NCBI GenBank assembly: GCA_963666055.2
Contig: CAXWPH010000014.1
Span: 448,001-512,000 of the forward strand
Source: Acidobacteriota bacterium
GTDB lineage: Bacteria; Acidobacteriota; UBA890; WLXD01
Length of the DNA stretch: 64,000 nt
Reading direction: 5' to 3'
Shown: piece by piece, positions 17,882 through 27,512 of the stretch
Numbering within the stretch: the stretch's first letter is position 1
Layout: each line of letters starts with the position of its first letter
Notes under the pieces: model-generated
Told to the model about the DNA's origin: nothing
The model's input: the letters and a program-made list of their open reading frames with translations, nothing else
The model's database searches: none
Program-made: the position numbers and the translations under genes

Positions 17882-20077
17882 TTAGCAGAGCAGATCTTCG
17901 GAGGCGCTGCCGGTGATCTCAGCAAGCATCCGAACGATGTCCTTCTCGATCGCTCGGATATCGCCCTCGATGTCGGCCAGTTCACGCGGCGGCGTGTAGC
18001 GATAGAAGTAACGGTTGAAGTTGATCTCGTAGCCGACGATTCCGACTTCCCCGTCTTTCTCGTCGTACTTGCCAAGGCTTATCCACGCGTCCGGCACGTG
18101 TGGTTTCACCTCGCGTTCGAAGAACGCCTCGATGGCCTCGGACAGGGGCACACTCTCCGTGTCGCGCAGCTCGGGATCGGGCTCCAGCTCGCCGTCGCTA
18201 TTGTGGCAGGGGGGCGCCTCGGGGTCGCGTTCGGAAAGGGTCGCGAGGATCGCCTTCTTGATCGGGCTTGGCAGCTTGATCTGCGCGTCCTTGGCGGCGC
18301 TCACCAGCACTGCTTCAAACGCGTCGCGATCGTCCATACGCGCGCTCGGCAGTGCTGCGAGAAGCTGGCGGATCTCGCCCTGTTGCTCGCGGCCCGCCTC
18401 CTCCTCCTTCTCGCGGGCGGCAGTCTGCTTCTTCTTCGAAGTAGCGAGGTTCGCAAAGGCGCGCACGTCGTCAAGCCGGGCGATGCGCTCTGCACTGGCC
18501 TCGAAGTTGAGCCGCAGGGGGCGCTCGACCGTGATCTTGCGAAACCCGAAGTGTGGGGTCGGAAAGATCTTGCTGACCGTCACCTCGCGCGCCTTCTCCG
18601 GATCGCCATCCGGTGCGGGGATCGTTCGCACTGCGTCGTGCTCGAAGTCAGCGAAGATCTGGAGGATCTCCTGGGCGCGGTCGAAAGGGATGCGGCGGCG
18701 CTTGTCGCCCAGGCTCTTCCTCATCTTGCGCCAAAAGTACTCGGAGCTGGCGTCGATGAGGTGCACCTGGCCCTTGCGCTCCGGCACTTTGCGATTGCTC
18801 AGGATCCACACGTAGGTCGCAATGCCCGTGTTGTAGAAGAGCTGCTCGGGTAGCGCGACCAGCGCCTCGAGCCAGTCGTTCTCGAGAATGAAGCGGCGGA
18901 TCTCACTCTCGCCGCTACCCGCATCGCCGGCGAAGAGCGGCGACCCATTCATGATTATGGCTACGCGAGAGCCCCCCTGCTCAGGCTCTTTGGCGTGCGC
19001 GAGCATGTGGAGAAGGAAAAGGAGCTGTCCATCGCTGATGCGCGGTAGCCCCGGACCGAAGCGCCCGCTGATGTTCTCGTGCTCGGCGCGGACGGCATCC
19101 TGATCGCGCTTCCAATCCTTGCCGTAGGGCGGGTTCGCGATCAGGTAGTCAAAGCCAGGCTGATCTGCGTGACGATCGTTCGAGAGCACGCTTCCGTAAA
19201 GGATCTGTTCGGCGTCGCCACCGTCCTTGGACTTCATGTAGAGATCAGACTTGCAGACGGCGAAAGTCTCCGGATTTACCTCCTGACCAAAGAGATGGAT
19301 GTCGGCCGTGTCGTTGATCGCGCCTCGCTCGAACTCCACCTCAGCGCCATTGGCGCCGCTCTGCTCTTCCTTGCGAATCCCGGCGGTGATGTGCTCCTTC
19401 GCGATGGTGAGCATGCCGCCCGAGCCACAGCACGGGTCATAGACGGTCAGCGTCTTGTTGGGCGTGCGAAGTTGTTCTTCGTCGCCGGCGAGCAACAGAT
19501 CGACCATGAGGTGTACGACATCGCGGGGCGTGAAGTGCTCGCCCGGGTTCTCGTTGAGGGCTTCGTTGAACTTGCGGATGAGCTCTTCGAAGATTGTGCC
19601 CATGGTGGCGTTGTCGACGCCGCCCTGTGCAGGGTCAGGGTGCAGGTTCACCTTCGGATCGTTGAAGCGCTGCATGACCTGAAAGAGAAGCCCAGCCTCG
19701 TCGAGCTTGCTGATGGTGTTGTCGAAGTCAAACTTTTCGACGACTTCGCGCATGTTGGGGCTAAAGCCGGCAATGTACTTGCGCAGGTTGGCGGCGAGAT
19801 TGTCGTGATCGGCGAGTAGACGATCGAAATCGAAGCTCGAGGTGTTGTAGAACGCGAAACCCGAGGCTGTGCGGAGCAGGCCATCGCGATTCTCGAGCTC
19901 GTCCTTGTACTTCGCCTCAGTCTCGAGGACAGCCTGCTTACTCTCTGCAAGGACGGAGTCCAGGCGACGCAGGACGGTGAGGGGCAGAATCACGTCCTGG
20001 TACTTGCCTCGCTTGAACGTATCGCGGATTAGGTTTGCGACATCCCAGAGGAACGAGACGATTTTGGAGTGATTCAC
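17882..20077 (-). CDS. hsdM: Type I restriction-modification N6-adenine methyltransferase
   Basis: ILPLTVLRRLD, GEHFTPRD, YDPCCGSGGML, NPPY, GYEINFNRYFY. Confidence 0.95.
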   Translation of the reverse strand: MNHSKIVSFLWDVANLIRDTFKRGKYQDVILPLTVLRRLDSVLAESKQAVLETEAKYKDELENRDGLLRTASGFAFYNTSSFDFDRLLADHDNLAANLRKYIAGFSPNMREVVEKFDFDNTISKLDEAGLLFQVMQRFNDPKVNLHPDPAQGGVDNATMGTIFEELIRKFNEALNENPGEHFTPRDVVHLMVDLLLAGDEEQLRTPNKTLTVYDPCCGSGGMLTIAKEHITAGIRKEEQSGANGAEVEFERGAINDTADIHLFGQEVNPETFAVCKSDLYMKSKDGGDAEQILYGSVLSNDRHADQPGFDYLIANPPYGKDWKRDQDAVRAEHENISGRFGPGLPRISDGQLLFLLHMLAHAKEPEQGGSRVAIIMNGSPLFAGDAGSGESEIRRFILENDWLEALVALPEQLFYNTGIATYVWILSNRKVPERKGQVHLIDASSEYFWRKMRKSLGDKRRRIPFDRAQEILQIFADFEHDAVRTIPAPDGDPEKAREVTVSKIFPTPHFGFRKITVERPLRLNFEASAERIARLDDVRAFANLATSKKKQTAAREKEEEAGREQQGEIRQLLAALPSARMDDRDAFEAVLVSAAKDAQIKLPSPIKKAILATLSERDPEAPPCHNSDGELEPDPELRDTESVPLSEAIEAFFEREVKPHVPDAWISLGKYDEKDGEVGIVGYEINFNRYFYRYTPPRELADIEGDIRAIEKDIVRMLAEITGSASEDLLC

Positions 20078-20183
20078 CGTGGGGATCCTGCAGTGGACTC
20101 CTGCCGTCGAGGCAGGAGCGCTGCACGGAATAGTGACAGATCATGGTACCGGCCGCCGCGGGAACATCCGGTTGAATCAGGAT

Positions 20184-21209
20184 CTAGCGACCGACCGCAA
20201 GCACGATCTTTCCGAAGTGGCGGCTTTGCTCCATCGTTTCGTGCGCCTCGCTGACCTTGTCGAGCGGAAACACTTCGTGGATCAACGGCTCGATGGTGCG
20301 ATCCGCGAGCCGTGGCATCACGGCTTGGGTGAACTCGGCGACGATCCGCGCTTTCTCCTCGACGGGGCGCGAACGGAGCACTGACCCGATGATGCGCTGG
20401 CGCTTGACCATCATGCGCACCAGGTTGAGCTCGGCCTTGATGCCGCCCATCACCCCGATGATGATGAGGCTGCCACCCAGGGCCAGGGCTTTCATGTTGC
20501 CGGCCAGATATTTGGCGCCGATGTGATCGAGGATCAAGTCGGCGCCCTGGCCGTCGGTAAGCTCGCCGACGGCGGCGGCAAACTCTTGCGACGTATAGTC
20601 GATGGCCCGATGCGCTCCGAGCGCTTCGACGCGCTCGAGCTTGTGCGGCGAAGCGGTGACGAGAATCCTGGCATGCGGTGTGAGCAAGCGGCAAAGCTGG
20701 ATCGCTGCCGTGTTCACACCGCCGCCGCCACCGTGCAGCAGCGCGGTACGACCGTCTTCGAAGCCGCCGATCAGGAAGACATTGAGGAACGCGGTGATGT
20801 ACGTCTCGCACACACAAGCCGCTTCCTCGAAGCTCATGTTCTCGGGAATGGCGATCAGATGCTCGGCGTACGCGGCCGCGTATTCCGCGTACCCGCCACC
20901 GCCCACCAGGCACATCACCCGGTCGCCGAGCTTCCAGCCAGCGCCCTCGGCGCCATCCAGGCCCTCACCCGGCCCCTCACCTACCCCCTCGCCAAGCTGG
21001 GCGATCAACCCGGCCACCTCCAGCCCGAGGATCTCCGACTCGCCCGGCGGCGCCGGATAGTTGCCCTGGCGCTGGGTGATATCGGCGCGATTGACCGAGC
21101 TGGCGATCACCCTGATCAGCACCTGCCCGGGACCCAGAGCTGGCCGGTCGGTCTCGCCGACACGCAGCATATCGGCCCCACCGAATCCCTTGAGCAGGAC
21201 GGCCCTCAT
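20184..21209 (-). CDS. NAD(P)H-quinone oxidoreductase, PIG3 family
   Basis: VNRADITQRQGNYP, ILGLEVAG, GGGYAEY, GSVLRSR, HFGKIVL. Confidence 0.9.
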   Translation of the reverse strand: MRAVLLKGFGGADMLRVGETDRPALGPGQVLIRVIASSVNRADITQRQGNYPAPPGESEILGLEVAGLIAQLGEGVGEGPGEGLDGAEGAGWKLGDRVMCLVGGGGYAEYAAAYAEHLIAIPENMSFEEAACVCETYITAFLNVFLIGGFEDGRTALLHGGGGGVNTAAIQLCRLLTPHARILVTASPHKLERVEALGAHRAIDYTSQEFAAAVGELTDGQGADLILDHIGAKYLAGNMKALALGGSLIIIGVMGGIKAELNLVRMMVKRQRIIGSVLRSRPVEEKARIVAEFTQAVMPRLADRTIEPLIHEVFPLDKVSEAHETMEQSRHFGKIVLAVGR

Positions 21210-21234
21210 AGCGATTGCGGTGTGGTTGGCGGGG

Positions 21235-22299
21235 TCACTGGGCGACGCGGTTGGCTTCCAGACGCTGGTCCACGAGCATGACGATCTCGTCGACCGTGTC
21301 GGACTGGAGACCTTGCTGTTGGGCGATCTGGCGAACCAGGCAGTCCACCCGTTCGATGTGCTTGGCGCCGGCGAACAGCGCCCGCGCCGCCGAAGAGGGC
21401 TTGCGTAGCCCTTCGGCCGCCTTGGCGTATTTCTCGAAGGGCACCATGTCGGCATCCGCCGCGCCCAGGCTGCCACATAGCTGTCGAGTCCAATCGTAAG
21501 TCTGGCGCGACAGCCCCAGGTCGGCGTGCACCGCGTCGCGGATCGGGATCATGTCGTCGCGCCGGATACACCGGTAGTTGCCGGCCATCAACATCGGCCA
21601 CTTCGCCAGCGGCACGAAGATGGAGTCGTGCACTCGAAGCTTCACCGGCAACTCGATGGCGCCGTCGCCGGGGTCGTGACGGGTGGCAAGGATGCCGGCC
21701 TCGATGTTGCGGAGCATCTCGGTGTGCTCGTCGGCCTCGAACCGAGCACTCTTGAAATTGGTGGGTAGGCCCACCTGGAGAACGTTCTTCGGTTCGTCCG
21801 GTGGGCGAAACGCCTGCGGGTCGGGGCTGGCGAGTGTCACCAGCCCGGGCTCGAAGCCCTTCCAGACGCTGGCGTCGGTGTAGCACTGGATCAGCGGTGC
21901 TGTCTGCAGCCCCGGAATCCGCTCCAGGTACGGGAGCGGCGGCATGTTCATGATCGCCAGGCTCGGCACGTGTGCGGCGGCGACCCGCGCCATCAGCTCG
22001 CGAACGCCTGGTGCGCCGTATTGCGCCTCCTGCATGGCGAGTACCACCAGGTCGAACGCCTCGGGGTCGACATCACCCGGTGTACAGGCCGATAGCTCAC
22101 CGTCACACCCCTGTGAGGAGATCTCCACGGGAGTCTCGCGGCCACGGATCGGCAGGCGGACCATAGTCCCATCGCGGTTGATCAGCTCGGCGGTGGGTGC
22201 GGTACATACCAGCGTCACCGAGTGCCCGGCCAGCAGCGACTTCGTGCCGAACAAGGAACCGTAGGAAGCGCCCAGAATGAGTACGTTGTATTTCTCCAC
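21235..22299 (-). CDS. Ketopantoate-reductase-like protein typical of oxalate (frc/oxc) clusters
   Basis: ILGASYGSL, LAMQE, IMNMPPLPYL, SPDPQAFRPP, VPLAKW, VPFEKYA; adjacent to frc. Confidence 0.7.
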   Translation of the reverse strand: MEKYNVLILGASYGSLFGTKSLLAGHSVTLVCTAPTAELINRDGTMVRLPIRGRETPVEISSQGCDGELSACTPGDVDPEAFDLVVLAMQEAQYGAPGVRELMARVAAAHVPSLAIMNMPPLPYLERIPGLQTAPLIQCYTDASVWKGFEPGLVTLASPDPQAFRPPDEPKNVLQVGLPTNFKSARFEADEHTEMLRNIEAGILATRHDPGDGAIELPVKLRVHDSIFVPLAKWPMLMAGNYRCIRRDDMIPIRDAVHADLGLSRQTYDWTRQLCGSLGAADADMVPFEKYAKAAEGLRKPSSAARALFAGAKHIERVDCLVRQIAQQQGLQSDTVDEIVMLVDQRLEANRVAQ

Positions 22300-22331
22300 T
22301 GCATCTCCCAAACGGTGGCGCCGAGACTGCC

Positions 22332-23579
22332 TCAGATGGCGCCCTGCTGGCGCGCCGCCTCGATGTCGTCGTCATCGAGGCCAACGACAGTCTTGAGAAT
22401 CTCTTCCGTGTGTTCACCCAGTAGCGGCGAGCGGTCGACCTGGGTGGGCGAATCCGACAGCTTTATCGGGTTACCGACGGTCAGATACGGGCCGCGTTCC
22501 GGGTGGTCCACCTCGACGACGGTCCCGGTCTGCCGCAGCGACGGCTCAACCGCCAGCTCCTTCATGGACAGCACGGGGCCACACGGCACGTTCAGCGGAT
22601 TGAGCGTGTTCATGACCTCCATCTTGTCCTTGGTCATCGTCCACTTTTCAATTTCCGCGAACATCTCGTCGAGCTTGGGTAGGCGGGCGGCCGGGGTGTT
22701 CCACTCCGGATCCTCGAGCCACTCCTCTCGGCCGATCGCCTTGGCGAGCGCCGGGAACGCCGCCGCCTGGGTGATCAGATAGGTGTAGGCGTCGGGATCG
22801 GTCTCCCACCCCTTGCACTTGAGAATCCACCCCGGCTGGCCTCCGCCCGAGGCGTTGCCGGCGCGCGGCACGGCCTCGCCAAAGGTACCGCCCGGATACT
22901 GCGGATACTCCTCGAGCGGGCCATGCGCCAGGCGCTGCTGATCGCGCAGCTTCACGCGACACAGATTCAGCACGGCATCCTGCATGGCGCACGAGACCCG
23001 CTGTCCCCTGCCGCTCTTCTCCCGCTGCAACAGCGCCGCCAGGATGCCCGCCACAAGGTGTATGCCGGTGCCGGTGTCGCCGATCTGGGCGCCGGTTACC
23101 GTCGGCACGCGGTCGATCTCGCCGGTCGTCGACACTGCGCCACCGGTGCACTGGGCGACGTTCTCGTACACCTTGCAGTCTTCGAACGGACCGGGGCCGA
23201 ATCCCTTGACGGAGGCATAGATCATCCGCGGGTTGAGCGCCTGGATCGTCTCCCACGGAAAGCCCATACGATCGATCGCGCCGGGCGCGAAGTTCTCCAC
23301 CAGCACGTCGCATTTCTCGATCAGCTTGGCGAAGATCTTGTTGCCCGCTTCCGTTTTGGGGTTCAACGTGATGCTGCGCTTGTTGGCGTTCAGCATGGTG
23401 AAGTAGAGGCTGTCGACGTCCGGGATATCGCGCAGCTGGCCACGCGTCGCGTCGCCGGAGCCAGGCCGCTCCACCTTGATGACGTCGGCGCCGAGCCACG
23501 CCAGGATCTGCGTGCACGTCGGTCCTGACTGCACATGGGTCATATCGAGGATACGAACACCATCCAGAGCTCTTCCCAC
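22332..23579 (-). CDS. frc: Formyl-CoA transferase
   Basis: [57 protein letters not shown]. Confidence 0.93.
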   Translation of the reverse strand: MGRALDGVRILDMTHVQSGPTCTQILAWLGADVIKVERPGSGDATRGQLRDIPDVDSLYFTMLNANKRSITLNPKTEAGNKIFAKLIEKCDVLVENFAPGAIDRMGFPWETIQALNPRMIYASVKGFGPGPFEDCKVYENVAQCTGGAVSTTGEIDRVPTVTGAQIGDTGTGIHLVAGILAALLQREKSGRGQRVSCAMQDAVLNLCRVKLRDQQRLAHGPLEEYPQYPGGTFGEAVPRAGNASGGGQPGWILKCKGWETDPDAYTYLITQAAAFPALAKAIGREEWLEDPEWNTPAARLPKLDEMFAEIEKWTMTKDKMEVMNTLNPLNVPCGPVLSMKELAVEPSLRQTGTVVEVDHPERGPYLTVGNPIKLSDSPTQVDRSPLLGEHTEEILKTVVGLDDDDIEAARQQGAI

Positions 23580-23941
23580 AGCTAGCCTCGTCTTCGCCGG
23601 ATGTTTGGGGCCCGTGCGTCGGGTCGTGCGGCGAGCCTGCCGCTCGACCACGGCCACGTCAAGCACCGACGTTGAACAGCTGTTGTGCGCAGTGGACGAC
23701 CTCGTCGATCTCCTCGATCCAAGAAAGTACTGTCCTGGAAACCAGGCCGGTGAGCAGGCTCCCGTTGCAGCAGGCGATCGGTGCGGTCTGCCGGCGGCTC
23801 ACTCACGCCGCGCCAGCCGGGTCGCCCCGCAGATCGCGCTGCGCGCCGACTGAGCCGGCCAACGCCAGGCCCATTTGACTTCGGACCCGCGGGGTTCGAT
23901 GCTTGCGCGTCCAGTGTCGGGATCCCGAGGAGGCGACAAGG

Positions 23942-26409
23942 GTGGCAGGCTCGAGCCAGCAGCGTTCCCTCGTCGGCGCCGGCGCGCTCGCCACGGCGCT
24001 GTCGTTGCTGGGCGCGCTGACTCCCGCGTCCCAGGCCGCCGCGCAGGCGCTTCCGGTGGTTCGTATCGGCGTGGTGCTCGACGCGCCGACCGGCATCGAG
24101 GACATTGTCGATCTCATGCGCGCCGAGATCATCGCGCTGAACCGCCGTGACTTCGACCTACGCTTCCCGGAGGATAAGACCCTCGACGGTAACTGGACGG
24201 CGTCGGGGGCGGTGGCGGCGCTCGATCGGCTGCTGGCCGACCCCGAGGTCGACATCGTGCTCGCCATGGGGGTGCTGGCCGCCGGCGAGCTAGCTCGCCG
24301 GGAGGATTTCCCAAAGCCGGTCATCGCGCCGTTCGTGATCGATCAGGAGCTGCAGGGCTTCCACCCGCAGGTGAGGCGCCGACCGGACGGCCGCACGATC
24401 CGGGTGAGCGGCATCGACAACCTCAACTACCTGATTCCGCCGTGGAACACCGACCGTGACCTGTTCGAGCTGCGTCGCATCACTGGCTTCGACCGCGTTG
24501 CGCTGCTCATCGACGAGCGCTTGGTCGCCGGCTTCCCCGCACTACAGGAACATGTGCGGCTAGCGGCTGAGGCCGGCAACTACGATCTGCGGGTGGTTCC
24601 CGTGACCGACAATATCCCGGCCACGGTGGCGGCGATTCCGGATGACGTCCAGGCGGTCATGGTGGGCTTCATGGGGTACCTGTCGGCCGAACAGTTCGCC
24701 GCGCTGTCCGACGGCCTGATCTCGCGCCGGCTGCCGAGCTACGCGGTTTTCGGGCGCCCCGACGTGGAGCGCGGTTTGATGCTCGGGGTAGCGCCGGGGT
24801 CGGATTTTCAGCGCATCGGGCGACGGGTGGCAATCAACATCCAGCGAATCTTGCTGGGCGAGAACGCCAGCGAGCTGTCGATCGACCTGGCACAAAACAA
24901 CGACGTGACGTTCAACATGGCCACGGCGCGAGCAATCGGCTTCTCGCCCTCGTTCGAGCTGCTCACCGAGGCCACCGTGCTGTTCGAGGAGCGCCTCGAT
25001 CTGGCACGCGAGATCACGCTGGCGCAGGCGGTGCAAGAGGCGCTCGACGTCAATCTCAACCTGATGGCCTTCGACCGAGCCGTGGCGGCGGGCGAACAGC
25101 AGGTTCGCAGCGTACGGTCGAACCTGTTGCCGCAGCTCGACGTGACCCTCACCGGTGTGCAGATCGATGCCGATCGCGCCGAGGCGAGCTTCGGCACCCA
25201 GCGCCAGCGCACGTTGACCGGCGAGCTCGGTCTGACGCAGCTGATCTGTCGGACGCGCTGCGCACCCAGATCTCGGGACAGGAATACGGCCAGCAGGCGC
25301 TCGAGCACCAACGCGAGCAACTGCGGCTCGATGTGATCGCCGAGGCTGCCATAGCTTTTCTCGACGTACTCCGCGCCGGAACGGGCGAGGGCGTGCGCAA
25401 GCAGAACCTGTCGCTCACCCGCACCAACCTCGACCTGTCGCGGGTACGCCAGAGCATCGGCGCCGCCAACCCGGCCGAGGTGTTCCGCTGGGAAAGCCAG
25501 GTGGCCACGGAGCGCAGCCAGGTGATCAACGCCAGCGCCCTGCGTAACCAGGCCGAGATCGCCCTCAACCGCATTCTCAACCGGCCGCTCGAGGAGCGCT
25601 TCCGCGCCGTCGACCAGGGCATCGCTGCCAACCCATTGGAAAGCGACGAGTCGACGGCGCTGCGGGCGCAGCTCGACCCCTATCTCAACGACCAGACCAG
25701 CTTCAGCATCTTCCGTGACTTCATGGCCCTGGAGGCCCTGCGCGACTCCCCGGAGCTGGGCCAGCTCGACGCCTTCATCGCCGCCCAGCAGCGCGTGCTA
25801 CGCGGTGCCCGGCGGGCTTTCTGGGCGCCGACGGTCGGCCTGTCGGGGCAGCTGTCGCAGGTGCTCGGGCGAGGCGGCGCCGGTGATCCGTCGTCCAGCG
25901 GTGTCGAGCTGCCGTTCACCTTCCCGGTGCCGGGAAACAACAGCTGGAGCCTAGGTATCTCAGCGAGCCTGCCGCTGGTGACCGGCGGATTTCGTATCAG
26001 CGAGCGGCAGCGAGCCTTGTACGAGCTCGATCGACTCAACCTCGAGCGCCGTGCCACCTCCGAGCGCATCGAGCAGCGCGTTCGCTCGGCCATGCACGCT
26101 ACCCGCGCTTCGTTTGCCGCCCTCGAGCTAACCGAGCAAGCCGCCCTCGCCGCAGCCCGTAATTTCGAGCTCGTACAAGACGGCTACTCACAGGGGGTCG
26201 CCGACATTATCGATTTGCTCGACGCACAGAACGCCGCTCTGGTAGCCGACCTGGGCGCCGCCACCGCGGTCTACGACTACCTGATCGACTTGGTGAGCGT
26301 CGAGCGCGCGGTGGCCAAGTTCAACCTGTTCTCGAGCCAGCAAGAGGCGCGTGACTTCCTACGACGCTTGAACGATTTCTACGACCAGAGCACGGAGTCC
26401 AAACGATGA
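23942..26409 (+). CDS. TolC-family outer membrane protein with an N-terminal substrate-binding-like domain; frameshift near 25248
   Basis: ORFs 23903-25336 and 25333-26409 join if one base is restored at ATC TG TCG (LTQLI-x-SDALRTQ...LRLDVI). OEP repeats and IIDLLDAQ are present. Confidence 0.8.
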
Positions 26410-27506
26410 ACCGAACGCTCCTGACGGTGCTCACGACGCTATGCCTGGCCGGCTGCGCCACCGAGGAGCCGCCGCCCGAGGCGGTACTGCGACCGGTGCG
26501 CTCGCAGGCGGTCGAGCCGGCCGGGGCGGCCCGTGAGCGCATCTTCTCGGGCGTGGCCGTCGCGAGCATCGAATCGCAGCTCAGCTTCCGGGTGGGCGGC
26601 ACCGTGATACGCGTCGCTGTCGAGGTGGGCGACCGGGTACGGGCCGGTCAGATAATCGCCGAGCTCGACCCCAGCGACCTGCAGCTGGAGCTGGAGAGCT
26701 CCCAGGCTGCACTCGATCAGGCGCAGGCGAGCCGGCGCAACGCCGAAGCAAACTTCGAGCGCGCCCGTGAGCTGTACGAAAACAACAACGCCTCGCAGAA
26801 CGAGTATGATGCCGCACGGGCGCAGGCCGAATCGGCAACGGCCGGCGTAGATTCGGCGCAGAAACAGCTGCAGCTCGCAAGACTGCGGCTCGGCTACGCG
26901 ACGTTGCGGGCGTCGATTGCCGGGGCGATCGCCGCGGTCGACATCGACGCGAACGAGAACGTCAGTGCCGGCTCGGTAGTGGCGATGCTGACTTCCGGAT
27001 CACGGCCGGAGGTGCGCGTCGCCATTCCGGAGAACCTCATCAGTCGCGTCGAGCGCGGCAGCCGTGTGGACGTGGAGTTCGACGCGCTTCCCGGGCGCCG
27101 CCTCGCAGCCACGGTGACCGAGGTTGGAGTAGCTGCCTTGGGCACCGCGACCACCTTCCCGGTAACTGTGCGCCTCGACGTCGACGTACCGGAGGTGCGT
27201 TCGGGCATGGCCGCCGACGTGCGCTTCCGCTTTGGTGACGACGGCAGCGCTGACACACTCCTGGTACCCCTGGTGGCGGTGGGCGAGGATCGCCAGGGTC
27301 GGTTCGTGTTCGTGTTGCAGCCCAGCGGCGAGGGGCGTGGGGTGGTGCGGCGGCGGCCGGTAACCATCGGTGAGATTCGTGGCACCGGCGTGGAGGTCTT
27401 GTCGGGCCTGCGCGCTGGCGAGCGCATTGTTACCGCCGGCCTGCGGCGCATCACCGACGGCCAGGAAGTACGGCTCGCCGACACCCGACTCGGAGAGGCA
27501 GGGTAG
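26406..27506 (+). CDS. RND efflux periplasmic adaptor subunit
   Basis: Lipobox LAGC, LSFRVGG, VEVGDRV, TFPVTV, SGM, GLRAGERIV. Confidence 0.92.
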   Translation: MNRTLLTVLTTLCLAGCATEEPPPEAVLRPVRSQAVEPAGAARERIFSGVAVASIESQLSFRVGGTVIRVAVEVGDRVRAGQIIAELDPSDLQLELESSQAALDQAQASRRNAEANFERARELYENNNASQNEYDAARAQAESATAGVDSAQKQLQLARLRLGYATLRASIAGAIAAVDIDANENVSAGSVVAMLTSGSRPEVRVAIPENLISRVERGSRVDVEFDALPGRRLAATVTEVGVAALGTATTFPVTVRLDVDVPEVRSGMAADVRFRFGDDGSADTLLVPLVAVGEDRQGRFVFVLQPSGEGRGVVRRRPVTIGEIRGTGVEVLSGLRAGERIVTAGLRRITDGQEVRLADTRLGEAG

Positions 27507-27512
27507 AACGCC

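Noticed and set aside
23600-23880. Possible small gene upstream of frc (IACCNG...)
   Set aside because: No clear start, RBS or family resemblance.
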